Of a stretch of DNA of 64,000 bases, positions 43,791-53,704 are shown in pieces. Position 1 is the first letter of the stretch; each line of letters opens with the position of its first letter. The position numbers and the translations under genes were made by a program. The DNA is from Candidatus Kuenenia stuttgartensis (GTDB lineage Bacteria; Planctomycetota; Planctomycetia; Pirellulales; UBA1268): positions 28,825-92,824 of the forward strand of contig CAMCQY010000001.1 in assembly GCA_945877135.1 (NCBI GenBank), read 5' to 3'. The notes below the pieces were generated by a model. It searched no databases, had not been told where the DNA came from, and saw only the letters and a program-made list of their open reading frames with translations.

Positions 43791-43881
43791 GGGGCTGCCC
43801 ATGCCCCGAGAGCCGGCGTTGCTGACAAGCGCAGGCAGGATGCCCGAAGTGAACGTGCGGCGATGGGGCATGGGTAGCCTC
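43791..43881. repeat. Family-B intergenic hairpin repeat (copy 1, 91 bp)
   Basis: GGGGCTGCCCATGCCCCGAGAGCCGGCGTTGCTGACAAGCGCAGGCAGGATGCC...GGGGCATGGGTAGCCTC. The terminal 17-nt arms are complementary (15/17). It is near-identical to 58463-58593. Confidence 0.85.
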
Positions 43882-43908
43882 GGCCGACACAGATCAGGAC
43901 CCCCACGG

Positions 43909-44613
43909 CTACGCCGGCTCGCGGCGCTTCACTTCCAAGAGCACGCTCTCGTTGTCGCTGCCGCGAATGGGCCAGGCCGCGATCCGCCGCACACCCACCT
44001 TCTTCACGAAGCCGCGGTGCCGGGCCTCGCCCTTCTCCTCCTCCCACCGCGGTCCCTTGATGACGAGCATCCGCCCATAGGCATCGCATAGCGGCTCGAA
44101 CCAGCCGAGGAGTTTCAAGAGCGGTGCCACCGCCCGTACCACGAGCACGTCAAACCGTCCCGGCCTGCCGCCCCGCTCGCCAGCCTCTGCCGCAGCCGCC
44201 ACCAGCGGCTGCGCGGCCCCCTCGTGCACTGGAACCGTCAGGCCAATCTCCGCGACGATCTCCCGCACGGCCCGGGCGCGTTTGCCCACGCTATCGCAGA
44301 GTTCGACCCGCAGATCGGGCCGCAGGATCGCAAGGAGCACGCCGGGCACGCCCCCGCCGGTGCCGACGTCCAGCACGTGGGCACCGGTCTCGAGATGAGG
44401 CGCGATCGCCACGGCATCAGCCACGTCGCGGGAGACGAATTTCTCCACGTCAGTGTGCCGAGTGAGGTTCAGCCGTTCGTTCCAAGACCAGAGGCTCGCC
44501 GCATACGCGGCGAGCCTCGGCAAGGCGTCGGATGATACGACCAGACCGAGCCGCTCGCATTCCGCGGCGACTGCAGATGCGAGGTCTGCCTGAGACGGTA
44601 CCTGATCGGTCAC
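43909..44613 (-). CDS. rsmG: 16S rRNA (guanine527-N7)-methyltransferase
   Basis: [12 protein letters not shown] and the SAM site [17 protein letters not shown]. The GTG start overlaps the glnN stop by 4 nt. Confidence 0.88.
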   Translation of the reverse strand: MTDQVPSQADLASAVAAECERLGLVVSSDALPRLAAYAASLWSWNERLNLTRHTDVEKFVSRDVADAVAIAPHLETGAHVLDVGTGGGVPGVLLAILRPDLRVELCDSVGKRARAVREIVAEIGLTVPVHEGAAQPLVAAAAEAGERGGRPGRFDVLVVRAVAPLLKLLGWFEPLCDAYGRMLVIKGPRWEEEKGEARHRGFVKKVGVRRIAAWPIRGSDNESVLLEVKRREPA

Positions 44614-46781
44614 TTGATGAACAGCATCTCGCGGTAGGTCGGCAGCGGCCAGAGATCGTCCGGCAGGATCGACTCGATCTGGTCTGCCGTCTCCCGCAGC
44701 GACACCATCGCCGGGATCACGTCGTCATGGAAGTGTGTGACCTCGGCACGAAGATCATGGCCCCCGTGGGCAAGCACCGTCTCCAGGGCCTCGATTCGCT
44801 GCTCGAACGCGCCGACCAGTTTCGTGAGCTTGTCGAGCGTGCCCATGTGCACCGTCTGGCCAAGACTCTTGAGCTTCGATGCAGTATCGACCAGTTCACC
44901 CTGATACCGATAGCCCGCCGGCAGGATCATCGTCTTGGCGATCTGCACGGCCGAATTCGCCTCGGCATTGATATCCTTGCAGTAGCGCTCCAGATAGATT
45001 TCGTAGCGGCTGCGCATCTCACGCTCCGAGAGCACGCCGTACTTTTCGAAGAGGGCGATGTTTGTCGGCGTGACGAGCACGTCGAGCGCCTCGGGAGTGG
45101 CCTTCAGGTTGGGCAGGCCTCGCCGCTTCGCCTCCTCCTGCCACTCCGCCGAGTAGCCGTTCCCGTTGAAGATCACCGCCTTGTGTTCGGCAATGATCTG
45201 CTGGAGCAGCGTCTCGATGGCGGCGTTGAGCTTGGAGGCGTCGCCGCCGGTTGCCTTCTCCAGTTCGGTCGCGATGTAATCGAGACTCTCCGCCACGATC
45301 GTGTTGAGGGCCACGAGCGGCCCGGCGATCGACTGACTGGAGCCGACCGCGCGGAACTCGAACTTGTTGCCGGTGAAGGCAAACGGGCTCGTGCGGTTGC
45401 GGTCGCCGGCGTGCTTCGGCAGCGGCGGCAACGTATCGACACCCACCGAAAGCGTGCCACTCGACTTGCTGCTGGTGGCCTTCCCCTTTTCGATCTGCTC
45501 GAAGACGTCGGAGAGTTGGTCGCCGAGGAAGATCGAGATGATCGCCGGTGGCGCCTCGTTGGCTCCCAGCCGATGGTCGTTGCCGCTGGCCGCGACGACC
45601 GACCGCAGCAGGTCGCCGTGGAGGTGGACCGCCCGGATCACCGCCGCACAGAACACGAGGAACTGCATGTTGGCATGGGGCGTCTCGCCCGGCTCGAGCA
45701 GGTTGCCGAGCTTGCAGCCGATCGACCAGTTGACGTGCTTGCCCGAGCCGTTGATGCCCGCGAAAGGCTTCTCATGCAGCAGGCAGGTCATGCCGTACTT
45801 CTGCGCCACCCGCAGCAGCGTCTGCATGATCGTCTGCTGGTGGTCGGTGGCGATGTTGGCGTTCTCATAGATCGGCGCGATCTCGTATTGCGACGGCGCG
45901 ACCTCATTGTGCCGCGTCTTCACAGGCACACCGAGCTTGAAGAGTTCACGCTCCCCTTCGAGCATGCAGGCGAGCACCCGCTCGGGGATCGCCCCGAAAT
46001 ACTGGTCTTCGAACTCCTGTCCCTTGGGCGGCCTTGCACCGAAGAGCGTCCGGCCGGTCACCACGAGGTCGGGGCGAGCGAAGAAGAAGTTTCGGTCGAT
46101 GAGGAAGTATTCCTGCTCCGGGCCGGCCGACGCCGTCACCTGGCCGACGTCCTTGTGACCAAAGAGCGCGAGCACACGGCGGGCCTGCTTGTCGATCGCC
46201 TGCATCGACCGCAACAGCGGCGTCTTCTTGTCGAGCGCCTCGCCCGTCCACGAACAGAAGGCGGTCGGGATGCAGAGCGTGGTGCCGTTGGGGTTGTCGA
46301 GGATGTAGGCCGGGCTGGTCGGATCCCACGCGGTGTACCCGCGGGCTTCGAACGTGGCGCGGAGGCCGCCGGACGGGAAGCTCGAGGCATCCGGCTCACC
46401 CTGAATGAGTTCCTTGCCAGAAAACTCGGCCATCGCATGGCCGTCGCCGGTCGGGGAGAGGAAGCTGTCGTGCTTCTCGGCCGTGATGCCCGTGAGCGGG
46501 TAGAAGACGTGGGCGTAGTGAGTGGCGCCCTTCTCGATCGCCCAATCCTTCATCGCCAGTGCCACCGCGTCGGCGATGCCCGGATCGAGCGGTTTGCCCT
46601 GCTTGATGGTGGCCTGCATCGCCTTGTAGACGCTCTTGGGCAACCGATCCTTCATCGCGGCGTCGCCGAACACGTTGGCGCCGAAGATTTCGCTCGTGGG
46701 CGTCTCACGGAAATTCCACGCCTGACCATTCGGCTTGTAGCTGTTGATGGCGGAGATGGCATTGGCACGGGCACTGGTCAT
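44610..46781 (-). CDS. glnN: Glutamine synthetase type III
   Basis: About 723 aa. N-terminus [30 protein letters not shown] and core [24 protein letters not shown] and [16 protein letters not shown] match GSIII. AAGGA lies 8 nt upstream of ATG 46781. Confidence 0.95.
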   Translation of the reverse strand: MTSARANAISAINSYKPNGQAWNFRETPTSEIFGANVFGDAAMKDRLPKSVYKAMQATIKQGKPLDPGIADAVALAMKDWAIEKGATHYAHVFYPLTGITAEKHDSFLSPTGDGHAMAEFSGKELIQGEPDASSFPSGGLRATFEARGYTAWDPTSPAYILDNPNGTTLCIPTAFCSWTGEALDKKTPLLRSMQAIDKQARRVLALFGHKDVGQVTASAGPEQEYFLIDRNFFFARPDLVVTGRTLFGARPPKGQEFEDQYFGAIPERVLACMLEGERELFKLGVPVKTRHNEVAPSQYEIAPIYENANIATDHQQTIMQTLLRVAQKYGMTCLLHEKPFAGINGSGKHVNWSIGCKLGNLLEPGETPHANMQFLVFCAAVIRAVHLHGDLLRSVVAASGNDHRLGANEAPPAIISIFLGDQLSDVFEQIEKGKATSSKSSGTLSVGVDTLPPLPKHAGDRNRTSPFAFTGNKFEFRAVGSSQSIAGPLVALNTIVAESLDYIATELEKATGGDASKLNAAIETLLQQIIAEHKAVIFNGNGYSAEWQEEAKRRGLPNLKATPEALDVLVTPTNIALFEKYGVLSEREMRSRYEIYLERYCKDINAEANSAVQIAKTMILPAGYRYQGELVDTASKLKSLGQTVHMGTLDKLTKLVGAFEQRIEALETVLAHGGHDLRAEVTHFHDDVIPAMVSLRETADQIESILPDDLWPLPTYREMLFIK

Positions 46782-46990
46782 GACGTGATCCTTCTTCTTA
46801 AAGACTGCGCAAAGGACGCGCAAGGAAAGGAACGATGGTGGTTGAAAACCACTCAGAAAATCAACCTGAAAATCAAGCAGACCGCCGCCAGAAGAAGAAA
46901 CCCACGGCCCACTGATTTTCCGCGAAACCTTCGCAGATTAACGGCGCACGCGGACCAGTTCAAGTAGCTGGGCCCGGCAGGGGCGTCGAG

Positions 46991-47050
46991 GTGGCTACCG
47001 CGCGACCTGGGTGGCTACCGCGCGACCTGGGTGGCTACCGCGCGACCGAG
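46991..47050. repeat. 20-bp tandem direct repeat x3
   Basis: GTGGCTACCGCGCGACCTGG occurs at 46991 and 47011, with a third copy from 47031 that diverges after 18 nt. The third copy contains the stop codon of the S41 peptidase gene. The array lies 210-270 nt upstream of the glnN ATG. Confidence 0.9.
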
Positions 47051-48885
47051 GTGCGGCTCACCGGCTTTGCCACAGGTCGGGCCGCCACCGACCGCCGGGC
47101 CACCTCGAGTGCCGCATCGAGGAACGGGTCGCCCGCCTGCGCCACGAACACACCCGCGGCGGGCCGGGCCACCGACTGCACCTGCAGGTCGGGTTCGACA
47201 CCCACTCGGCTGTACGGCAGGCCCTTCGGCGAGAAGAACTTCGCGGTCGTCAGTCGCATGCCGACGCCACCCACTTCCAGCGGAAAGATGCCCTGAATGG
47301 AACCCTTCCCGTAGCTGCGGGTGCCGACGATCGTGGCCCGGCCGTGGTCCCGCATGGCACCGGCAAAAATCTCACTCGAACTGGCCGATTCGCCGTCGAT
47401 CACCACCACCAGCGGCATCCGCCACGTGCCGGGCCGGCTGGCTGAATAGTTGAAATCCTCCTCGGGGCTGCGGCCGCGGGTGGCCACCACCAGGCCCCGT
47501 TCGAGGAACAGGTCGGAGACGTCGACCGCCGACGACAACAGTCCCCCGGGATTGCCGCGAAGATCGATGACCAGCGACCGCATGCCGGTGACATCGAGCC
47601 GACGCAGCGCGGCTTCCAGGTCGGCGGCGGTGGTCTTTTGGAACGAGGAAATCTTCAGATAGCCGACGCCAGTGGAGGGATCGAGCATCCGCACGTTCTC
47701 GATGCTCGGCACCTCGACATGCTCGCGACGCACCGTCACGGCCCGGGCGGGGGCGGGGGCCCGCAGCACCGCGAGCGTCACGACCGAGCCTTCAGGCCCC
47801 TGGAGCAGTTGGGCAGCCTCATCGACATTCATGCCGCCGAGGCCACGACCGCCGACGGCCACCAAGTGATCGCCGGCCCGGATTCCCGCCCGCTCCGCAG
47901 GGCTCGCAGGAATCACATGGACCACCAGCAGCCCGTCTTCGGCACTCTTCAACTCCACACCGAGGCCCACGAAGTTGCCCTCGATCTGGGCGTAGAGATC
48001 GTCGAGCTGGCCGTTGGTGAGGAAGGCCGAATACTCATCGAGGCCGCCGACCGCGGCGGCAGTCATCTCCATCAGCGTCACCGCCGGCGGGATGCCGAGC
48101 GTCGCATGGCCGGCCCTCGCCACCCAGGCAGCCAGCGTCTCTGCCTCGACCGGGGACGTGATGGTTCGGCCCGCAGTGATTCGCGCCACCTGATCGCGGT
48201 AGAGCACTCGCCGTTCTGGCGTTGCGTGCTGGGCATAGAGCGACACGAACGTCGGATCGTCGATCGCCACGTCCATCGTCAGGCAGCCCCGCGAGACGAG
48301 TCGGGCGAATTGCGGGGCCTCCACGTGATGCGAGCCGATGCGTCCGAGCACCTCTGCGTAGAGCCGGCGGGCGTCGGTCTCGGCGAGTTTGACCACCTGC
48401 GTGCGGAAGGCGCGTTCGCAGTGCCGGCGGGACAGATCGCAATGAATCTTGGCCAGGTCATACCGCTGGTGTAGTTCGGGCGCGAGGGCCCCCTGACGGG
48501 CCGCTGACTCGCAGAGCGACACCACGTCAGCCCAGCGCTGCTCGCGTTCGAGCATGGTGGACCTGACCAAGAGGTCATCCTGCGGTCCAGCCAGCACCGG
48601 AGCACGGACCGACTCGGGGGCACTGCCGACGGCAGGCTCAACCGCCATGGCGTCGCCGCCGGCAATCACCAGCCCAATCGCCACCACCAGGTGCACGAAG
48701 GCCAGCAGGCGGGCCGCGTGGCGACTGGTCCGGCGGGAGCGGGAACGCGCCGCGGGAAACCGGTTATCGTCCGGGCAGACCCAGTTGGAGCCCGGGCGAG
48801 CCCAGGCTTGGCCACACGTCGATGAGGTGACGACGGTCACTGACGGCAATCCGTTCGCAAGGCCGCATTCCGGCGCGGCAGGCAT
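47035..48885 (-). CDS. S41-family C-terminal processing peptidase with PDZ domain and N-terminal TM anchor
   Basis: PDZ segment GVGLELKSAEDGLLVVHVIPASPAERAGIRAGDHLVAV. S41 core LVIDLRGNPGGLLSSAVDV and GESASSSEIFAGA...TRSYGKGSIQ. The exact start is uncertain. Confidence 0.88.
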   Translation of the reverse strand: MPAAPECGLANGLPSVTVVTSSTCGQAWARPGSNWVCPDDNRFPAARSRSRRTSRHAARLLAFVHLVVAIGLVIAGGDAMAVEPAVGSAPESVRAPVLAGPQDDLLVRSTMLEREQRWADVVSLCESAARQGALAPELHQRYDLAKIHCDLSRRHCERAFRTQVVKLAETDARRLYAEVLGRIGSHHVEAPQFARLVSRGCLTMDVAIDDPTFVSLYAQHATPERRVLYRDQVARITAGRTITSPVEAETLAAWVARAGHATLGIPPAVTLMEMTAAAVGGLDEYSAFLTNGQLDDLYAQIEGNFVGLGVELKSAEDGLLVVHVIPASPAERAGIRAGDHLVAVGGRGLGGMNVDEAAQLLQGPEGSVVTLAVLRAPAPARAVTVRREHVEVPSIENVRMLDPSTGVGYLKISSFQKTTAADLEAALRRLDVTGMRSLVIDLRGNPGGLLSSAVDVSDLFLERGLVVATRGRSPEEDFNYSASRPGTWRMPLVVVIDGESASSSEIFAGAMRDHGRATIVGTRSYGKGSIQGIFPLEVGGVGMRLTTAKFFSPKGLPYSRVGVEPDLQVQSVARPAAGVFVAQAGDPFLDAALEVARRSVAARPVAKPVSRTSVAR

Positions 48886-49104
48886 GCGGTCTCTCCGTTG
48901 ACCGCTCGCGATTATGGATCACGTTCAGACGGCGGTCAAAAAATCGCGGCCTTCCCGGCCAGAGATTTTTTCCGACCACCAGACGGACCACGCCGAGGGG
49001 CCACGGAAACCCGGGGGCAGCCGCCATCCACCTCATGCGCACCACACCCAGGCGACACCTTGGTACTATGGAATCCAGTACGAGAGGCTTCAACGGCACC
49101 TGTA

Positions 49105-49875
49105 ATGGCCCGCACGAACAGCACCACCAGCACGTCCGACCCAAACGCTACCGTCGCAGGCCCCTCGGCCACGCAGGCGGCAGACTCTTCCGGCAGCCCG
49201 ACGGCCACCGCCCATGCGGCCACATCCGACCCGCAGCCGACGCTGGTGCTGCTCGACCGTGTCCGCCAGGGAGACGGGGCGGCAATCAACGGCCTGCTCC
49301 AACGCCATCGCGCGGCGATCCGCCGGATGATCGATCAGCGGATGGATCGGGTCGTGCAGCGCCGGGTCGATGCCAGCGACATCGTGCAGGACGTGATGAT
49401 CGAGGCCAATCGCCGCCTCGGCGATTATCTTGCCAATCCGACCATGCCATTCCAGCTCTGGCTGCGGCACATGGCCCGGGATCGTCTCATCGACGCCCAC
49501 CGCCGGCACCGCGTCGCAGCCAATCGCAGTCTCGACCGAGAGGTGTCGCTGACGGTGCCTACGGGGCCGGATCAGTCACAGGCCGACCTGATGGGCCAAC
49601 TCGCCGACCGGGAGCTCACTCCGGCGGCGGCCGCGACCTGGCACGAACTGGAACGCCGGTTTGCCGCGGCGGTGGAGCAACTCGATGAGGACGACCGAAA
49701 GATCGTGCTGCTGCGGCACTTCGAACACCTCTCCACGGCGGAGGCCGCCGACACGCTGGGGCTGACAAAGCCCGCCGCGGGAATGCGGTATCTGCGGGCG
49801 ATGCGCCGGCTGCGGGTCCTCCTTGACGGCGGCTTCGATTCGCTGGCCATCGAGCAGGCCAGGACGCAGCCCTGA
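49105..49875 (+). CDS. ECF-type sigma-70 family factor with Ser/Thr-rich N-terminal extension
   Basis: Region 2 (DASDIVQDVMIEANRRL, FQLWLRHMARDRLIDAHR) and region 4 (LLRHFEHLSTAEAADTLGLTKPAAGMRYLRAMRRLR). ATG 49105 is chosen. The next gene is a Ser/Thr kinase. Confidence 0.85.
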   Translation: MARTNSTTSTSDPNATVAGPSATQAADSSGSPTATAHAATSDPQPTLVLLDRVRQGDGAAINGLLQRHRAAIRRMIDQRMDRVVQRRVDASDIVQDVMIEANRRLGDYLANPTMPFQLWLRHMARDRLIDAHRRHRVAANRSLDREVSLTVPTGPDQSQADLMGQLADRELTPAAAATWHELERRFAAAVEQLDEDDRKIVLLRHFEHLSTAEAADTLGLTKPAAGMRYLRAMRRLRVLLDGGFDSLAIEQARTQP

Positions 49876-49911
49876 CCAGGTCCGTCGCAGACGGTTCCCC
49901 ATCCGGGCCAG

Positions 49912-51666
49912 ATGCCTATCATGACGCAGAGGCACGGCATGACAACCACCACCGCATTCCGCACCCGTGCCGTAGACACTCCCCTCTCGGCCGACGACGA
50001 GGAACTGCTGGCGACGTTGGTCGAGGAGCTTTCCGAACTCCGGGGGCCCGAGGCTCAGGCGGCTCTTGAACAACTCACCGCCGACCACCCGCGGCTGGCC
50101 GGCCAGCTCCGTGAGCTGTTTGCAGCCATGCTGGTGACTGATGCGGTCGCCGAGCAGTCGACAATCTTTGCCCGCGATGGCCGCGGATTCGACCTCGATA
50201 GTGGCAGCGGGTCATCTCTTTCCGCGTCGTGGCCGACGGCGGGCAACGGCATCCTGCCGGGCGTCACACCGCTCCCGACCACGTTCGGCGACTATGAACT
50301 GATCGAGGAGATCGGCCGCGGCGGCATGGGCGTGGTCTACCGGGCGGTTCAGAAAAGCCTGGGCCGCACAGTGGCCATTAAGATGCTCCTCCGACGGGAT
50401 CTGGCGTCGCCCGCTGATCTTTCGCGATTCCGCAGCGAGGCGGAGGCCGCCGCGCGACTCGACCATCCCGGCATCGTCTCGATCTTCGAGGTCGGCGAGT
50501 TCGATGGACACCCGTTCTACAGCATGCAGTTGGTGGAGGGGACGACGCTTGCCAAGCGGCTGCTGCAGGGGCCCCTGCCTGCCCGTGAGGCCGCCGCCCT
50601 GCTGGCGAAGGTGGCCGATGCGGTGCAGGTGGCCCACACACGGGGCGTGCTCCATCGCGACTTGAAGCCCTCGAACATTCTCATCGACGCAGGGGGCGAG
50701 CCCCACGTCTCAGACTTTGGACTGGCCAAGCGGCTGGAGGCGGACGAGTCGGTCACCCACACCGGCGCCATCCTCGGCACGCCCTGCTACATGTCGCCCG
50801 AGCAGGCGGCCGGGAGCCGCGGTGATGTCGGGCCGACGAGCGATGTCTGGAGCCTCGGCGCGATCCTCTACCAGATGCTCACCGGCCGGCCGCCGTTTCA
50901 GGCATCGAGCCCGATGGATACGCTCCTGGCGGTGCTCGAGTCGGATCCGCCCGTGCCCCGGTCGATTGACCGGCAGGTGGACCGCGACCTTGAAATGATC
51001 GCGCTGAAGTCGCTGCAGAAACCGCAGGAACTCCGCTACGGCTCAGCGGCAGAACTGGCGGCCGACCTGCGGGCCTTTCTGGCTGGCGAACCCGTGGCCG
51101 CGCGGCGCGGCGGCTTTGCCGACATGTTCGCCCGTCTGTTCCGCGAAACCCACCACGCCGTCGTTTTGGAGAACTGGGGGCTGCTTTGGATGTGGCACTC
51201 GGTCGTGATTCTCGCGCTCTGCGTGACGACCGACGTGCTGGCCTGGCAGGGAGTGACGACGCGTTGGCCCTACCTCATACTCTGGGCTGGCGGCCTGGCT
51301 CTCTGGGCGCCGATCTTCTGGGCGTTGCGGCAACGGTCCGGCCCCGTGACCGCTGTCGAGAGGCAGATCGCGCACATCTGGGGGGGCAGCGTGATCGCCA
51401 GCGTGATGCTCTTCTGGGTCGAGGCACTGCTCGATCTGCCGGTGCTCACGCTCTCCCCGGTGCTTGCCCTGCTGGCCGGCCTCATCTTCTTCGCCAAGGC
51501 GGGCATTCTTTCCGGTGCCTTCTACATTCAGGCCGCCGTGCTCTTCGCCACGGCACTGGTGATGTGCGTGGCCCGCGATGTGTCGCACGTCATCTTCGGC
51601 GTCGTGAGCGGCATCTGCTTCTTCGTGCCGGGCCTGAAATACTTTCGCCAACGCGGCCGCGGGTGA
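49912..51666 (+). CDS. Ser/Thr protein kinase with C-terminal polytopic membrane domain
   Basis: Hanks motifs GRGGMGVVY, VAIK, HRDLKPSNIL, SDFGLA and GTPCYMSPE. Five or more hydrophobic helices lie in the last ~200 aa. Confidence 0.9.
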   Translation: MPIMTQRHGMTTTTAFRTRAVDTPLSADDEELLATLVEELSELRGPEAQAALEQLTADHPRLAGQLRELFAAMLVTDAVAEQSTIFARDGRGFDLDSGSGSSLSASWPTAGNGILPGVTPLPTTFGDYELIEEIGRGGMGVVYRAVQKSLGRTVAIKMLLRRDLASPADLSRFRSEAEAAARLDHPGIVSIFEVGEFDGHPFYSMQLVEGTTLAKRLLQGPLPAREAAALLAKVADAVQVAHTRGVLHRDLKPSNILIDAGGEPHVSDFGLAKRLEADESVTHTGAILGTPCYMSPEQAAGSRGDVGPTSDVWSLGAILYQMLTGRPPFQASSPMDTLLAVLESDPPVPRSIDRQVDRDLEMIALKSLQKPQELRYGSAAELAADLRAFLAGEPVAARRGGFADMFARLFRETHHAVVLENWGLLWMWHSVVILALCVTTDVLAWQGVTTRWPYLILWAGGLALWAPIFWALRQRSGPVTAVERQIAHIWGGSVIASVMLFWVEALLDLPVLTLSPVLALLAGLIFFAKAGILSGAFYIQAAVLFATALVMCVARDVSHVIFGVVSGICFFVPGLKYFRQRGRG

Positions 51667-51862
51667 GGCCACCGCCCGCGGTTCGGGGCTACGCATGAGG
51701 AGCCGGTCGGAGGCACGCGCAGGAGTCGGTGAACTTTGCGACTCACGAGCGATTTGCCATCGTCCGAGAGCCTCCTGTAGCAAAGTCCGCCGACGACGAG
51801 CATGCCGCAGCCGGTGAACCAATACGGCAGAGCGACACCCTGGCGGCGCCACACAGCACCGT

Positions 51863-53416
51863 CTACCCCACAAACCACGTTGCCAGCCAGTAGAGGCCGC
51901 CCGAGAGGGCCATCGCCACCGGCAGCGTGAGGACCCAGGCCAACGCGATCTCGCGGACCGTCTCCGCCTGGATGCCCGACTTGTTGGCCCACATCGTGCC
52001 CGCCACGCCGCTGGAGAGCACGTGCGTCGTGCTCACAGGCATGCCGAGATGATCGGCCATCGCGATCGTGGTGGCGGCGACCAGTTCGGCCGCGCCCCCT
52101 TGCGCGTAAGTGAGGTGCGTTTTGCCGATCTTCTCGCCCACCGTCTTCACGATCCGTTCCCAGCCGAACATCGTGCCGATGCCGAGACAAAGGGCCACGC
52201 CCATCACCACCCACTCCGGCACATATTCCACCGGCTTGGAGAGCTGCCCGGCGAGGCTCTTGAGCACCTTGCGGCGGTCCTCCGCCATCCGGTCGCCAAA
52301 CTGCCGCAGGAGCGTGCGGACCGAGGCGCCCAGTTCGACCAGATTCGTCCGAAGCCGCCACCGTTCATCGGTCGGCAGATCCTTGAAGCTCTCACGGCCC
52401 TTCAGGCTCTCGAGCACGCCCTGCACCAGCGGCAGCGGATCGAGCGTGGCCAGCACGATGTCATTGGACGGATAGGGATCGACGACGTCGTCCACCAGGC
52501 TCGCCTCGGTCACTTCCGCAGCCGACACGCTGTCACTCCGCGTCAGCCGCTCGACCTTTGACTCGGCAAGATGCCGATCCTTGAGGGCCGACATCAGGCC
52601 CGCTATCTCTGGATCGGAAAGCTCTTGTTCCAACTTCTGGGCCGCCGCAACGGTGGCCGTGAGATCGGCCGAAGAGGAGTTCATGTTGAGGGCATAGGCC
52701 GCCGGCACGATCCCGATCAGCACGAGCATGATCAGGCCCATCCCCTTCTGGCCGTCGTTGGAGCCGTGGGCAAAGCTCACGCCCGTGCAGGTGCCAATGA
52801 GCAGCGCGCGAATCCACCATGGCGGCGGCCGGTCGCCGTGGGGCGGTTCGTAGAGTTCCTTGGCCGGAATCAGCTTCTTGCTGAGGAGCAGCAGCAACGC
52901 TGCCAGGCCGAAGCCGATCGCCGGCGAGAGGAGCAGGGCGATGCCCACCTCGGTGGCCTTGTGCCAGTTGATGCCACGGGCCATCGAGCCATGCTCCATG
53001 AGGGCGTTCATCATGCCGACGCCCATGATCGAGCCGATCAGCGAATGGGAGCTGGAGGCGGGCAGGCCGCGGTACCAGGTGGCAAAGTTCCAGATGATGG
53101 CGGCACCGAGCAGCGAGAGCACCATGGCCAGGCCGCGGCCCGTCTTGATGTTGACTAGGAGGTCGACCGGCAGCAGGTGCACAATGCTGAAGGCGACGCC
53201 GATGCCGCCGGCATGGACGCCGATGAAGTTCCAGAGCCCCGACCAGATGACGGCGGGGGTCGGCTTCATCGATTTGGTGTAGATCACCGTGGCCACGGCA
53301 TTGGCCGTGTCGTGGAAGCCGTTGATGACCTCGAATCCGAAGGCGATCGTCAGGGCAATCAGCAGCAGAAAGAGTTGCCCGGTGCCGAGCGTGTTGAAAA
53401 CTTCCATGATTTCCAT
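51863..53416 (-). CDS. PiT-family inorganic phosphate transporter
   Basis: GFHDTANAVATVIYT and FAHGSNDGQKGMG (duplicated PiT signature GxNDxxN). There is a large central hydrophilic loop. ATG 53416 (MEIMEVF) is chosen. Confidence 0.9.
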   Translation of the reverse strand: MEIMEVFNTLGTGQLFLLLIALTIAFGFEVINGFHDTANAVATVIYTKSMKPTPAVIWSGLWNFIGVHAGGIGVAFSIVHLLPVDLLVNIKTGRGLAMVLSLLGAAIIWNFATWYRGLPASSSHSLIGSIMGVGMMNALMEHGSMARGINWHKATEVGIALLLSPAIGFGLAALLLLLSKKLIPAKELYEPPHGDRPPPWWIRALLIGTCTGVSFAHGSNDGQKGMGLIMLVLIGIVPAAYALNMNSSSADLTATVAAAQKLEQELSDPEIAGLMSALKDRHLAESKVERLTRSDSVSAAEVTEASLVDDVVDPYPSNDIVLATLDPLPLVQGVLESLKGRESFKDLPTDERWRLRTNLVELGASVRTLLRQFGDRMAEDRRKVLKSLAGQLSKPVEYVPEWVVMGVALCLGIGTMFGWERIVKTVGEKIGKTHLTYAQGGAAELVAATTIAMADHLGMPVSTTHVLSSGVAGTMWANKSGIQAETVREIALAWVLTLPVAMALSGGLYWLATWFVG

Positions 53417-53704
53417 GGGGAAACCGCCTTCTGCGTGGTTCAAGGGCCGATCCTAGCGTCGCCCCTAAAACTACGGGGGTCCTGATACCGACACAAGCGG
53501 CAGCGAAAATCGCACACAAATCTCATACTGTGAGGTTTCGGTGTGGCCCCCATGGCATGTGCGGTTGAGCAGGCGAACCAGCGCAGGTGAACCAGGGCCG
53601 ATGGCGGTGCGTAGACTCTCAGGCGGATGACGGCCGCGGACAGGCAGTCAACGGGCGTCTTGCGACGGCCCCCCGGGATGAAGCACGGTACGGAGCACTG
53701 ACGG

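Noticed and set aside
46874-46891. Sigma-54-like sequence CTGGCGGCGGTCTGCTTG on the - strand upstream of glnN.
   Set aside because: The GG-to-GC spacing is 9 nt instead of the strictly conserved 10 nt, and the -12 element is TGCTT rather than TTGC. The match is too weak to call.
46991-47050. Considered whether the 20-bp x3 tandems (here and at 39502-39559) are a small CRISPR array.
   Set aside because: The units are directly adjacent with no spacers, the units are too short, and no cas genes or leader are present. They are simple tandem repeats.
51528-52361. 277-aa - strand ORF whose 5' part (about 51700-51860) could encode a small TM peptide (ALPYWFTGCGMLVVGGLCY) in the STK/PiT convergent gap.
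   Set aside because: The ORF continues antisense into the kinase gene with nonsense composition. It has no RBS or credible start, so it is most likely non-coding.
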